A DNA stretch of 64,000 nucleotides from Amia ocellicauda (lineage: Eukaryota): contig NC_089855.1 of the NCBI RefSeq assembly GCF_036373705.1, forward strand, positions 18,021,962 through 18,085,961, written 5' to 3'. Positions 38,901-52,242 of the stretch are shown one piece after another. Within the stretch, counting starts at the first letter, position 1, and every line of letters begins with the position of its first letter. Made by a program: the position numbers and the translations under genes. The notes beneath the pieces were generated by a model. The model did no database searches. It saw only the letters and a list, made by a program, of their open reading frames with translations, and was not told where the DNA came from.

Positions 38901-41900
38901 CTGCTCTTCATTTGCACCCTGATGGCACGTACTGGGAAACCAAACTTCAAACTTCTGTACCAAAACGCTTGAATCAGTCCCTTTAGAAATATAATTCTAA
39001 AGCAACATAATGGGAGATCAACTGACTGTTAATAATGTGACTTAAATAATTAGCTAGCTTACTAATTAGAGATATGGCAGCCAATTACAGTTGTCAAATT
39101 AATAAGGAGCTGCAGCTGATTTGACTAATGATAAAGGCATGAATAATATTGCATCCCAAATTTAACTCCAAACAATTGTAATTATTAAAGGTTTGAACCC
39201 ATTTTCATAAGCAATTTATGATATATCTTAGGTTATGTTATAGCATGTTCTATAATGAAACATTAATTTATAAATGCTGCATGGTTTCAGCAATCATAAC
39301 TCTGAGCCGAGGTCTCCACTCATTCATTAATTGACATTCTTATACTAGCACTTTTCCAAAAGCCTCATTTACAACATATTTAAAAAAATAGAGCAGCAAT
39401 AGTACAGAACACTCCTTGGTGAGATTATTGAGAACACACAAATGCAAGTTGGATGTTCAAAGGATGTATGTTTGCCCTCTCTGCAATATGCCAGCTGCTC
39501 CCTGTGTGAATACAAATTAACAATCCTATGGGCAAGGCATAAGAGAAAAACAGTGCTGTGACTGTGACTGAAAACAGAGACAACTAGCTCACTTTTTATT
39601 TGTTTCGTTTAAATGTTAAAATAAAAAGACAATTCAGAACCTTTCCTACAATTTCCTTGTCAGCTATGTTAGGTAACAAGAGTTAAGTAAGACCAAAAAT
39701 AGTTCAGAAACCTTGCTGCGACTGGGCACATGTACAGATACATTTGGGGCATAATTACACAACAAAGGATATCTTGTATAAACAACTACAAACAACAGAG
39801 CATAGGAAATCCAATTTGAAATGCCTAACTGGCTGATATCCTTGCAGTGACATAAATCTACATATTTCAATGGCTTTAAACTGACTATTAAAGTTGTATT
39901 TTGGAAATACAATCTAATTATGAATGAGTGGCATGTGCCTGCTTCTTCTGGAGATTGTGCTGAAGATAATTGCAGAAGACTTTCCTGTTACGAGAAAGCA
40001 AAAACGAATAATCCTGTAAATCCTTTCTCTACTGGAGGCTCTAGTCCAAACATTATCTAATGGAAATATAGCACAGGTGACAGGAGCCCGTTGATCTTAG
40101 TATATCCCAGAGTGGGCATGCATCCAAGCTTAGCAACAATAGATCAAATGCTTAAATGTGAAGTCAACTGAATGAATGTATGAGGTTGCATGCCAACATA
40201 GAGAAAGATGTTTACCTGTCTAGTTAACAGGGACAAAAATGAAGGTAGAAAACAAATCTGGATATTCTGACCAAAATACTCGCTGCTAATGATCTATGGA
40301 CCAAGATTCTCCAGGTTATGTAGTATTTACTGAAAATTATAGATAAACTGAAGCATGCCTGTACCCCCACTGTAAGTCTTAAGCAAAGCAGACATGCTTT
40401 CAATGATGTGACGCAATCTCTTCCATAAACATTTTCAGTGCTGGTGATGCACCTGCACAATGAGCAAGATGTCTACTTTGGCACCAGTCTCCACAGACAG
40501 TGACCCTTGGCTTACACAGCTGCAAATCACTCACATGTCTCAGACCATTATACAGTTTCATAATATCTTTCAGAATTCATTTATAATCTGAGGTGCAGTG
40601 AAGTTATGTCTGCTCATTGAGGCCCTCTTTTCACAGACTAAACCATGCAGACAAAGACAAGTGCCACTACAACCCACCCTGCATAACAGACAGCTCAAAC
40701 CGATCATTAATTAATTAAGGAAGATTGACTATTAACGATACTGTTATCATTTATTATAATGCAAAACAAGCACTTGGGCCGTCATTGAAACCTAGTGGGT
40801 ATATATTCTCCACTACAAGGGCTGTTCAGAATTTGTTGATTGCTGATGAAGACATTCTGTAATAAGGTTTATTGTTTAAGAAACTGAGGTCTGAGTGAAT
40901 GAGTTTAAAACGTCATACTATCGAAGCAGTGCGCCTGTGGATAAGCGTTTAGTCTGGTTCACAACAGTTCACGTGAACCAGTAAAAGCAGAACAAACTAA
41001 AGCACAGATAACATTTTCAGAACATTTTAATTTATTTGTCTTAAATTCATTACGAATCTGAACATGATGTTTACCTGAAAGGACATTACGCCTCTGCTTT
41101 GTTTCATATGTTATGAGAGTTCATAGGGGACCTTTTCTATAACTGGGAGAACTCGGTGGACCAGTCGGGCTAGACTGGTCAAGTTTAATTAGATGAACTA
41201 CAAGCAGCAAACTACTGTACACTACAAGGTAGAGGTCATCTTCATTTCAGGTTTCTATATATTCTTATGCATCATTTCACTGTTCCTCATTATCCATATT
41301 ACTTGTAGAACCTGTCACAGCTTGCAAACAAAAAATGAAACTCAACTGGCACATCTACATAACATGACATCATTCTACAGTTTCAGCTATCCAGACATCA
41401 GAGCTTTGGTTAAAATTATAAAATTCAAAGAAAGATAGATTACAGATTATGTTAAATGCCCTTAGAAGTAAATCAAAAGGATAGAAAGGAAAGCAGGTGG
41501 GAAAATAAACATTAGAAAGCTATCTTCTTCAAACCTCCTGTTAGTCAACAAGCTGCCCTTAAGTCAAACCCGACTTCAACATTCAATTAACCTATTTTAA
41601 TCTGTGTAATCTTTGTTAAAACAGCTTAGAGAGATATATTCCAGTTTAGCATGTTTACCATGTCTGTTTTGTCATTCACATGGATTTACAATGGGCTAAA
41701 AGAAAACTTAAAATCCTAGCCTCTGAAGGAGAGTTGTCATTGGACACACTTTAAATAAACATCAGTCATGCCTTGCCAGCTGAAGCTTTGCCATATTCAA
41801 ATTTAGCTTTTACCATGGCGTACAACAGCAATCTTAAGGGCAACATTTTCTTCTGTGATCTCAGACATACTCCTTGTTGCCCTATCCACCTACCCCCTCT

Positions 41901-42178
41901 GTTCAACATCTCTAGTCCTGATTTCATGTCGGCCTGGATTATCTATTACGGATTTCTTCACAGCGCTCTGTGGCTCCAGGCTACGACTGGTGCAGAGTTC
42001 AGCTGCACACACAGATTTAAATCGGCCTGTTACCTCGCGCAGGCTGCCCTGATCCCACTGCCCCCGGGTCCTCATCCCTCTCGGAAGGCATTCAAGCAAG
42101 AACAAGCAGATCACGAGCTCACAGAGGATGCCTGCCACCTGGCCGCAGAATTAAACACGATCTGACGCAGAGCACTTG

Positions 42179-42207
42179 ATACACACACACACAAACACAC
42201 ACACACA
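42179..42207. repeat. (CA)n microsatellite
   Basis: acacacacacaaacacacacacacaaaa read directly. Confidence 0.85.
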
Positions 42208-45200
42208 AAACATTTACTTTAACACACAGCGAAGGTGAATCTGAGTAGGTTTTAGGTTGGGAATGTTTTATAACTGATTAAAGATAGGTGTCCTTCCAAA
42301 AACTGAAATATTTGTATTACTAAAACTAGTTTTGTATGTGGAATATCGGTGATTAACAGATTTCCGGCAGCAGGCTAAAAGAATGCAACAGTATTTGTGC
42401 TCAATGTCTACACCATGACATTGTAAACCACAAGACTGCACAATGACAAGTGTGTCTGTCGTCATAACTCTCTATGGCACTCTTCAATCACAGGAGGCAT
42501 TGCCCACCGCATGTATACTAAATGCTGTATACATCATAAAATACAGACGCTAAAGGAAAGTGCACATTAATCAACAAAGAATGCCTATAAGATGAGATTT
42601 CAACAAAACACAAAACTGAACACGAAATTCCCAAACTCAAGTCACACCATGCAAGTACTACAGATACAAAAAATAGATTTGGAAATCTATTGCTTACTGA
42701 TATTTTTTTCATGTGAAGAATACAGATTTTATTGAATTGCTTTAACAATTTGGGGGGGAGAGATATTGTAAACCAATTGGACAACGATCACAGTATTTTA
42801 ATGCTCTTATTTCTTGAAGAGAGGCTGAATTGGGTTATGTAAGTCTCTCTTGTACTCTTTGTTGGCTGTGCATTCTGTCCTAGATTCAGTAATAGAGTAT
42901 TTCATTACATTCATTCTTCTTTCCTTGATAGAGAAACAGACAAAGGGAAAGCAGGGGATAACAAACTTATTGAAAGGTATAATCAAGCCAACACAAAGTG
43001 ATCTCATAAGCAATCTGTGTTTCTGGTTTGAAGCATGCTGGGAGCTTGTATGGAAGCATTGACCTACAGAACTCACCATCAAAATTATATAATATGGAAT
43101 GCACAGAAAACCTTGAACACTGAGGAAAATAAATAAACAACTGATTGCAGAATTCAAGTATTATGTCTGTTTCTCCCATCCCTTCTCAATTTCAATATGA
43201 AAGCATGTAAGATATGTTTTTATATATAGTTTTGGACTCCTTGAAACATGAAGTAAACAGAAGAGAAGTTATTTTTTTCACACACACATACAACTCTGAA
43301 TTGTAAGTTAAGTAGGTGTGTCTCAGGCTGATCAAGGTTGTGAACTTGTGAAACACTATTCTATTCTTTAGTTGTAGATAATGAATCATTTCCTAGAACC
43401 TAACAGGTTTATAACTGAAAACCACATCTTAAGAAGAGGCTAGAACCACTTCACATAGACAGATTCTGCACATATCACTGTAAAATGTCTCCCACAAATG
43501 TTATTATGGGACATGATTATTCATTTCAATATGAAATCTTTTCTTGGATAGAAGTGCTGGTGGAAGTTGGATCTTGGTCTTCTATAAACTGCAATTACAT
43601 CAATCTAACCAAAGAGAATACATTACAAACAAGACTTTATGGTTTTGTATTCCTTTACAAACTATCGTGTTTAATATACATACATAACTGTAATTAGATT
43701 ACATAAGAGACATTTTCAAGAAGCCTGCATATTCACCCCTGGGATATTTGGTCTGAATCGGGCAGTTTTCATGCTAGTTGTCTAAATATTATTAAAATGC
43801 AATCTGCAAACATCTAAGCAACCTTTCCAGCATAAGCATACATGGCAACCATTCTCACAGAGAGCCCAACCGAGTCATGGCTGCCTATAAACAGGAAAAA
43901 AACATTTCTGATGATTATACCCAGTTTATCATGCACAACAGTGAGGAACTGCACTTTGATGTGCATCTTAATTCTATAATTACAACAGCATTTAAACTTT
44001 TCAAGCACATCACAAATTTTAAATTATTTAAGAGTTATTGCTTACTCCAAAAGCCTACTACAAGTTCCTGTTTGCTAGTGTGCCCATTAGTGAATAGGCT
44101 TCAGCACGTTCGAAATCCAACCGCTGGATAACTCCTACACAGTGAGCCACAGTTACACAACATTCAAACAGTTCTGTGTTTACAAGTTGTTGTCATTTTA
44201 CACACACAAAATATATATGTGTGTATAACCCACAGGAAACACTGATGCACATAGGTTTACACTGGATTTGGTATCTCTGACAAATCAAACAAGCAACTTA
44301 TAACATTTGTTTCCTTTTCACCAGCAATGATCCTCCACTTACACAGGTCTCCCCTTAGAGATCTTATACAGGTTATATAAAGGTTTGATCAAAACACCTA
44401 GAGTTTTAAAATGTGTACTATTGTGCTATTTGAAAGTGACTCAAATGTTTGCTTATGTTTTAAATTACTTAATACTGGTAATTATTTTAATGGCATCAAG
44501 ACTGAACTGTCCCAGAGGAGGCAATACATGTCCAGCAGTAATCTCTCCCATTGTTAACAGCTTACTAAAGACTTTTAGTCATCAAGGAATGATGCTGAAA
44601 CTCTGTTGACAATTTCTAAAATAATCCACATAAGAGTTCTAGCACCGCCTGGTGGATTATTTTATGAATTACACAAAGAAATAAAGCGGGGGCCATGGAA
44701 AATCAGCTCAAGACATAGATATAGGGTTTTGGGTCATCTTAATTATGCATTCATTCAACTGAAAACACATTTAAATTGAGAATCTGTATGTGATTTGTTT
44801 CTATTCAAATGAATACATCTGAAACTGAACATAGAAATTAATTACTTTGGATTTGTTGCAAGCAGCTTAATAGGAAACCTAGACAACATCATTGCCTATT
44901 CTGTAATGTAAATGAATGGAGGAAACAATGATATTATAGAATGCAATATCATAGCCTTCCAAAAATCTAACAGGAAACTATGGAATATAGACTATTAGTA
45001 ATTCTTTATAAGTTGAATGTATCCTGTGTCCCTCCTCTTTGGAATGTGCATGGCAGAGAAGTGTTCTTCTAACTACCATCTCTTGTAAGGTAAAAAATGT
45101 GGCCTCACAGTCTTTCACATATGAACCACCAACAGGAACAGGTTGTAATGCTGTAAACCCAGGAGACGGCACTGCTCTAGCATTTGCATAGGGGGACAGA

Positions 45201-45471
45201 GTTGTACATCTGTGAGTTGTCCTGTGAGCCCCACACCCCTCCTGTGTGCAGTCTTGTCTGTCCACCCTACTGCATACTGCATACTGCATAGTGCATGAGC
45301 TTCCTCTAAGTGGCAGATTTGTCTGCAATTTTTTATTTCAAAGTGAATGGACTGTTGGCTGAATGTGAAGCATGATGAGATGCAGTATTCACTGTACTGA
45401 GCTGTGGTTGTCTACTACATATTTTGGCAAATGTAGCAAGCCATCTGGCTACTTTTACTATACTACAAATT

Positions 45472-46012
45472 CTAAAACTGTACAATGCGCTAGTTAGAGC
45501 TCATCTGGATACTGTGTACAGTTCTGGACTCCACACTTCAAGAAAGATATCGCTGCTCTAGAGGCAGTTCAGGGGAGAGCAACCAGACTTATTCCAGGTC
45601 TGAAGGGAATGTCCTACTGAGAGACTGAGGACCTGAACCTTTTCACCCTGGAACAGGGGAGACTACGTGGGGACTTTATCCAAGTCTTCAAAATCATGAA
45701 AGGCATCAACCACATCAAACCAGAGGAGCTTTTCCAGATCTGCAGGGACACACGCACCCGGGGACACAAATGGAAACTGGGCTTCAAGGCATTCAAGACA
45801 GAAAACAGGAGACACTTCTTCACACAGAGAGGCGTCACAATCTGGAACAAACTCCCCAGCAATGTGGTTGAAGCTGACAATTTGAGAACATTTAAAGTCA
45901 GACTGGATAGGATCCTTGGATCACTCAGTTATTAATTTACACCAAATGAGCACGATGGGTCAAATGACCTCCTCTCGTTTGTAAACTTTCTTAAGGTCTA
46001 TGTTCTTATATA
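45472..46012 (+). mobile_element. CR1-like LINE 3'-end fragment
   Basis: Encodes [16 protein letters not shown]...LIQVFKIMKGINHIKPEELFQICRDTRTRGHKWKLGFKAFKTENRRHFFTQRGVTIWNKLPSNVVEADNL (ORF 45696-45935). It matches the other two copies through to the terminus ctttcttaaggtctatgttcttat. Confidence 0.8.
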
Positions 46013-46519
46013 CTACATCTAATATGCATACTGGAAACTACTGAAATGTTGGTATGTAGTATGTGGTTTCGAATACAGCCCCAGTCTTTAAATCCAATCA
46101 ATCAAGCCCTATCGAAGTTAGCTTTTCATATAATACTGCTTGGCTTGAGGTGATAAAAACGAGTGGGTCCACAAGCATATTCACAGTCATAAGGGTCTGC
46201 GACCAATAATATTGATTCTCCTAATGAAAGGGCTGGTGTTGCATGGCAGATGTTAACACTTAATGTCTGACAGCTCATCACCAACAAGTCATCATGGAGA
46301 GACAAAAAATAGTGATCAACAGGTTTTCTGTTAACAATCACCAATTAAGGCCACAATAGATCATAAGCTATGCTAAAACTAAATAGCACTATAATAAAGC
46401 ATAAATAACAGATACTGTACATATTCACGTACAAATTAGCCTACATAAATAAAACCCGAATAGAGTTCCAAAACAGCCTTATATTAAACCCTACAGTGAC
46501 CCACGGCAGTTGAACACCA

Positions 46520-46754
46520 TACACAATCACAGAGCACTATACCTGGACAAGATGGCGCCTCTCGTTACTTGACAAAATGACGTAACGATCACTCTAGTCA
46601 TTCTAGCTCTACGGTCCCGCCCTTTTGCACATGCGCATTCCCGCCTACGTTAAAAACATTGCGCCCACCCTGAAAGCCCGTTGTGGTGGAGACGTCCGTG
46701 TGGGAGTGACGCCTGGTGACTCGACGATCTGTTTATTGAAGAAGTGCGGGGAAC
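46520..46754 (+). promoter_or_regulatory. rnf17: putative rnf17 core promoter / 5' UTR: short CpG-rich, TATA-less segment with CRE-like, YY1-like and GC-box motifs
   Basis: The 16 or so CpGs in about 180 bp contrast with the CpG-depleted surroundings. Motifs: TGACGTAA (CRE/ATF-like, 46578-46585), AAGATGGCG (YY1 core, 46549-46557), CCGCCC (GC box, 46624-46629) and GCACATGCGCAT (partial NRF1-like palindrome, 46634-46645). An in-frame TGA lies 18 nt upstream of the ATG at 46755. Confidence 0.5.
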
Positions 46755-46824
46755 ATGTCGGAAAAACAGGATAGCCACAGCTCTCTCATATGTTATATCT
46801 GCGCCAGGAAATACACACTACCAG
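46755..46824 (+). CDS. rnf17: rnf17 exon 1 (start codon; MSEKQDSHSSLICYICARKYTLP)
   Basis: ATG in a good Kozak context (gaacATGt). The first zinc-ligand pair of the RING (C-x2-C) is here, and the donor cag|gtacat is at 46825. Confidence 0.7.
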
Positions 46825-47830
46825 GTACATCATTTATAATAAACCCAGCAAAGAAATAATCATTAGAAAACAAAAACACGTTGAAAATGTATTCCGAAAG
46901 ATTAAGCAAAAACGCGTTGGTTTTGCGGGTTGTTACAAAAATAAAAGATTGTGCATTATTTATTTACTCTGTCTTGACACGTTTGTTTTAACAAACCGTT
47001 TGAACTTACGTAAATACAAGGAGAAAGAGGAGCAGGCCTTGTCGATACTGTTACTGTAGAACTGCGTGATTTGTTTTCGTATGGGATGAAAGATTATTTA
47101 AAATATGTATTGGTGATCATATTCTGAAAAAATGTAATCATTCCCCTTATGTGTTTTTTCCCGCAGCTGTTCTCATGGTCAAATATATTCTATTAATAAT
47201 AATATGTATTAGGTTACTAAACATTTTTACCCATGATTCACACTAATCAATAATAAGCTGTTCCTAACATTATAAAATAAAATGTTGCAGTTTTATATCT
47301 AGCCAAGAACTAGTTAATTGTGAAAATATAAATAAAGATGATATAGTTATGATCAATTGAAATATGATGACGTATAGTGCAGATTTCTGCGGGTCTGCGC
47401 TGTTCCGCCAATGGGATCGCAGGGATTCTGCGCACAGCTGCGCTACGAAAACCTTATTATTATCATTTTTAGTCTAACAAATTCATACACGTTGTATTGT
47501 TTTACTGGTACATATTTTACCCTTTTCATGTTTTTAATAATGCATGGGAAAGTCAGGACTCTGACAAGCCTTCAACTTCCATAAATGCATTTCAGTATTG
47601 TGGCCTGAAATGAAACTGATTCATGCAGGCCAGAACATAATTTACTGTGAATACGTAATACTTTATAACTCAGCACGAAAAATACGTTGAACACCTCTTT
47701 AACAACCAAAATAAATGCATAAATAAATGAATATGCCAACTGGACGAAAATATAGAACTGTACTGACCTTACCTGTACTGAACTTAACTGAACTTTTGGT
47801 TTCCTAATCTTATTTTTTTATGTTTCACAG

Positions 47831-47946
47831 AGGATGAGATAGTTGGAAACCTACCACATGTCCTAGTTTGTGGGCATGTCTTCTGCGCGTCATGTCTGCG
47901 GTCACTGGCAGATCATGATAAAGCTGTAGTTTGTCCAGAATGTGAG
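47831..47946 (+). CDS. rnf17: rnf17 exon 2 (RING finger: EDEIVGNLPHVLVCGHVFCASCLRSLADHDKAVVCPECE)
   Basis: Acceptor tttcacag|, donor gag|gtaagg, and the phase continues from exon 1. Matches the human RNF17 RING segment CGHAFCELCLL...IICPDCEV. Confidence 0.85.
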
Positions 47947-48463
47947 GTAAGGTGTATAGTGGTCTTAATGTATAGTCATGGCAATCATATGGGATTGTGT
48001 GTGAAGACGACTAGGCCTACATAGCAGGGGTGTGGGGATATGATAATTTGTTTTCATTATGGCTTCTGATTGTTTTTATAGAACATTTTATTATTTAACT
48101 CTTGACAACTGGCCACTTATGTTTGTTTTCCTTAAAAATATTGAATTATGTATAGGATGTAGCTCCTATGACCTTTAATTACAGAATCTTACAAAACCTC
48201 TTGTCAAAAGCTGTCCTGCAATTACATTTTACTTATGCAGATCTTTTCATGTTACACAGCATTCACCGTGTTGCTAGGAAGATATCCTATAGAACTTCTG
48301 TGAGCGGTGCCTGTTCCTGACAGCTCAGTATTGTGCGAGTTTAACATATTCCCACACACATTTAAAAACATGTACCTCTAAACTGGAATCCAACCTGAGA
48401 ACAAGACCTGATATGCATTTGAATGTTTTGTTCTTCTGATCATCTGACCCTGTTTTTCTGCAG

Positions 48464-48561
48464 GTGGAAACTCCACTGGATGATGGGGGAGTAGATGCAC
48501 TTCCAGGAGACTCCAGGATAATAGGAATGATCTATACTGCCAAAATGAATACAAGGAAAAC
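48464..48561 (+). CDS. rnf17: rnf17 exon 3 (VETPLDDGGVDALPGDSRIIGMIYTAKMNTRKT)
   Basis: Acceptor ttttctgcag|, donor aaaac|gtgatg. The frame is kept, and a stop would follow if the exon were not spliced here. Confidence 0.75.
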
Positions 48562-48899
48562 GTGATGCATTTGTTTACTTTTTATAAGACTGAAAATATT
48601 TAATGTCGTAGTAGTTTCTCATGTTACAGTATAAACTACAATTCCCCTATGTAGCTGATTCAGTTGTCCGGTCTTTTCATATGTACCATTGTATATAGCT
48701 TGCAGTTAGACTTATGTAGGCTAGTGATCGCGATTAAATTCTAACTGGAAAATTATAAATTCAATTCTGTTCTATAAATTGCAAGTTCTCTCCCACACCA
48801 GCAATGGTGTGTTTCATGTTAAGAAAATAATTTAGCTTTTTTGTATTTCTGTCTTTAAAAAATACTTTTTCCGTTTTTTTAATTTCCTTTTTTCTGCAG

Positions 48900-48996
48900 C
48901 CGTGTTAATGTACCATTTGATGGTGAAGGGCTGAAGGTAGAGAAACAAATACCAGCTGAGCCTTCAGACTGCACAGCTGGGGAAAAGGCTGCACTG
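48900..48996 (+). CDS. rnf17: rnf17 exon 4 (RVNVPFDGEGLKVEKQIPAEPSDCTAGEKAAL)
   Basis: Acceptor ttttctgcag|, donor ctg|gtatgg. Phase 2 on entry, phase 0 on exit. Confidence 0.7.
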
Positions 48997-49854
48997 GTAT
49001 GGCTGTAGGAGTACATTATTATTATATGCACACAACTTAACTTCTACTAAAGACTTGAGCAAGTTCCTGAGTTTAGAAATGCATCTGAGACTGCCAAAAT
49101 CACAAAAGCATGTCTTAATACTAAAGATTGAAAATATTAATCCAGATTAGCACAGACTGCGTCTCAAAATTTCAGATTGTCAAAAACCAGGAACAACAGC
49201 TCCATATGAACTGCACACAATTCTGTTGCACAGCTTTTGTTACTTCAGTGCCCGTATTCTGCCCGTAACTCAGCCAATATTACGGAGACCTCACCAGGAC
49301 TCTTCAACTAAAAGTGAAAGGAAAGGTGTTACAGTGGTGTGACGATGAAGAGTTATAGTGGTGATATATTTTGGACAGAAATTGAATATTCTTGGTTACC
49401 GAAAAAGTCAGTTTCTTCTGCCACTGTCAGAAATGTGGCACTGTCAGCAGAGGTAAAGGTGGTGACAATGTTGTGGTGTCTGGCAACAGGGAAAATACAA
49501 CAAAACAGCAGTGATGATTTGGGACCATAATCACAGTCTTCAGTAAGCAGAATTTTCCATCAAACCATAATGGCATTAATAGAGAAGTCATTTTACTCCT
49601 ATACTAACTTTTAGCGTGATTCCTAGGAGTAATTCTGGCCCATACGGGCCCAGATCTCCAGGTAATTCTTTCTTTGTGCATCTGGCAATGAAGGTAGCCT
49701 TTTAGTTGTGTCACGGAGAACATATACTTGTATAGGTTTGTGACTGGTCTTATAGATCTCACAGGCATTTCACAGGACAGTTTTGTAATAATGTGTATTA
49801 AAGTGATTGTTATCTTTGTTTTTGTTTAAGTAATATTGATTTGTTTGTTTTTAG

Positions 49855-49935
49855 GATTCATGCACCTTAAAAGCTCTGGATGATGCTTTATTGCTTGCTT
49901 CTAAAAACTTAAGTACGCTTCAGAATTTACACGAG
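49855..49935 (+). CDS. rnf17: rnf17 exon 5 (DSCTLKALDDALLLASKNLSTLQNLHE)
   Basis: Acceptor tttttag|, donor gag|gtgagg, 27 codons. Confidence 0.7.
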
Positions 49936-50164
49936 GTGAGGTTTGAATAAATCCATGTTTAGATGTATGTTCTTACAGAAAATGGTCCTGCAACTGATAA
50001 TGCATTGGTTTCCATTAGTTCTCAAGTGTTTCATCCTTCCACATAACATAATACTTTATCATTCTGTCAATGGGTTCTGTTGTTAAATACTGAAACATGC
50101 TTGATTCTCTTCCTAGTTTCTAGAGAATAATTAAACATTGTAAAAATGTTTGATTTCATTTGTA

Positions 50165-51674
50165 CAGTGAGGGGAAAAAAGTATTTGATCCCCTGCTGAT
50201 TTTGTACGTTTGCCCACTGACAAAGAAATGATCAGTCTATAATTTTAATGGTAGGTGTATTTTAACAGTGAGAAAATTGATTTGCATGTTAATGAGGGAA
50301 ATAAGTATTTGACCCCTTCGACTTAGTACTTGGTGCCAAAACCCTTGTTGGCAATCACAGAGGTCAGACGTTTCTTGTAGTTGGCCACCAGGTTTGTACA
50401 CATCTCAGGAGGGATTTTGTCCCACTCCTCTTTGCAGATCCTCTCCAAGTCATTAAAGTTTCGAGGCTGACGTTTGGCAACTCGAACCTTCAGCTCCCTC
50501 CACAGATTTTCTATGGGATTAAGGTCTGGAGACTGGCTAGGCCACTCCAGGACCTTAATGTGCTTCTTCTTGAGCCACTCCTTTGTTGCCTTGGCTGTGT
50601 GTTTTGGGTCATTGTCATGCTGGAATACCCATCCACGACCCATTTTCAATGCCCTGACTGAGGGAAGGAGGTTCTCACCCAAGATTTGACGGTACATGGC
50701 CCTGTCCATCGTCCCTTTGATGCGGTGCAGTTGTCCTGTCCCCTTAGCAGAAAAACACCCCCAAAGCATAATGTTTCCACCTCCATGTTTGAAGGTAGGG
50801 ATGGTGTTCTTGGGGTCATTCCTCCTCCTCCAAACACGGCGAGGTCTCATCTGACCACAACACTTTCACCCAGTTCTCCTCTGAATCATTCAGATGTTCA
50901 TTGGCAAACTTCAGACGGGCCTGTACATGTGCTTTCTTGAGCAGGGGGACCTTGCGGGTGCTGCAGGATTTTAGTCCTTCATGGCATAGTGTGTTACCAA
51001 TTGTTTTCTTGGTGACTATGGTCCCAGCTGCCTTGAGATCATTAACAAGATCCTCCCGTGTAGTTCTGGGCTGATTCCTCACCGTTGTCATGATCATTGA
51101 AACTCCACGATGTGAGATCTTGCATGGAGCCCCAGACCGAGGGAGACTGACAGTTATTTTGTGTTTCTTCCATTTGCGAATAATCGCAGCAACTGTTGTC
51201 ACCTTCTCACCAAGCTGCTTGGCGATGGTCTTGTAGCCCATTCCAGCCTTGTGTAGGTCTACAATCTTGTCCCTGACATCCTTGGACAGCTCTTTGGTCT
51301 TGGCCATGGTGGAGAATTTGGAATCTGAGTGATTGATTGCTTCTGTGGACAGGTGTCTTTTATACAGGTAACGAGCTGAGATTAGGAGCACTCCCTTTAA
51401 GAGAGTGCTCCTAATCTCAGCTCGTTACCTGTATAAAAGACACCTGGGAGCCAGAAATTTTGCTGATTGATAGGGGATCATATACTTATTTCCCTCATTA
51501 TCATGCAAATCAATGTATAACTTTTTTGAAATGTGTTTTTCTGGATTTTTTTGTTGTTCTTCTGTCTCTCACTGTTAAAATACACCTACCATTAAAATTA
51601 TAGACTGATTATTTATTTGTCAGTGGGCAAACATACAAAATCAGCAGGGGATCAAATACTTGTTTCCCTCACTG
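50165..51674 (-). mobile_element. Tc1/mariner (Sleeping-Beauty-like) full-length copy (1510 bp) with frameshifted transposase, in rnf17 intron 5, antisense to the gene
   Basis: The TIRs cagtgaggggaaaaaagtatttgatcccctg sit at both ends (inverted), each flanked by TA. The minus-strand ORFs 50816-51391 and 50323-50850 together encode a complete SB-like transposase ([26 protein letters not shown]...DDE...[14 protein letters not shown]...KGFGTKY), split by one frameshift near 50816-50850. Confidence 0.9.
50323..51391 (-). pseudogene. Sleeping-Beauty-like Tc1 transposase pseudogene (single frameshift)
   Basis: Two overlapping ORFs cover the N-terminal paired-like DNA-binding domain and the DD34E catalytic domain. 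The overlap of the two frames at 50816-50850 indicates an indel. Confidence 0.85.
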
Positions 51675-51750
51675 TAAATTGAGATCTCTGAGCAATGATG
51701 CAGCTTCTGGAAGTTTCTGCTAAAGACCTGACATTTATTTTTTCTTTTAG

Positions 51751-51854
51751 ATTCTTCTTGAAGGTGTTCAAGTCCAGATTAAAAATGAGAAGAGTAGACT
51801 TTTAAAGGAAATAAACGATGCTTTTGACAAGGCAGCCACTGCATTAAGCAAAAG
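51751..51854 (+). CDS. rnf17: rnf17 exon 6 (ILLEGVQVQIKNEKSRLLKEINDAFDKAATALSK)
   Basis: Acceptor tttcttttag|, donor aaaag|gtagtt. Coiled-coil-like sequence, as in the human RNF17 region between the RING and the first Tudor. Confidence 0.65.
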
Positions 51855-52242
51855 GTAGTTTTATGTATTACTAATTTACTTTTTATTTGTATTATATTCC
51901 TTAGCAGATGCCCTTTATCCAGAGAAACTTAGTTGTTAAAAAATATCACATTATATTTACGTACAATTACCCATATATACAGCAACTAGGTACAGTACCT
52001 TGCTCAAGAGTACAACAGCAGTGTCCCCCACCTGGGATTAAGCCCACAACCTGCTGCTCGGGAGTCCAGAGCCCTGACTACTACTCCCATATATTAATAT
52101 ATATATTTATTTTTGACTCAATGATCACATAGCTTTAACACTGGGATATAAAACAGATTCTCAAGAAAACAGACCCAATATAAAAATCAGGAACCTGTGG
52201 AAGATCTCCAAGATCTCTAATGTTTGTTTGAACTTTCTGCAG

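Noticed and set aside
41773-42165. 130-aa plus-strand ORF in a locally GC-richer stretch next to a (CA)n repeat
   Set aside because: It has no recognisable motif and its proline/leucine-rich composition is typical of random GC-rich ORFs, so it is not reported as a gene.
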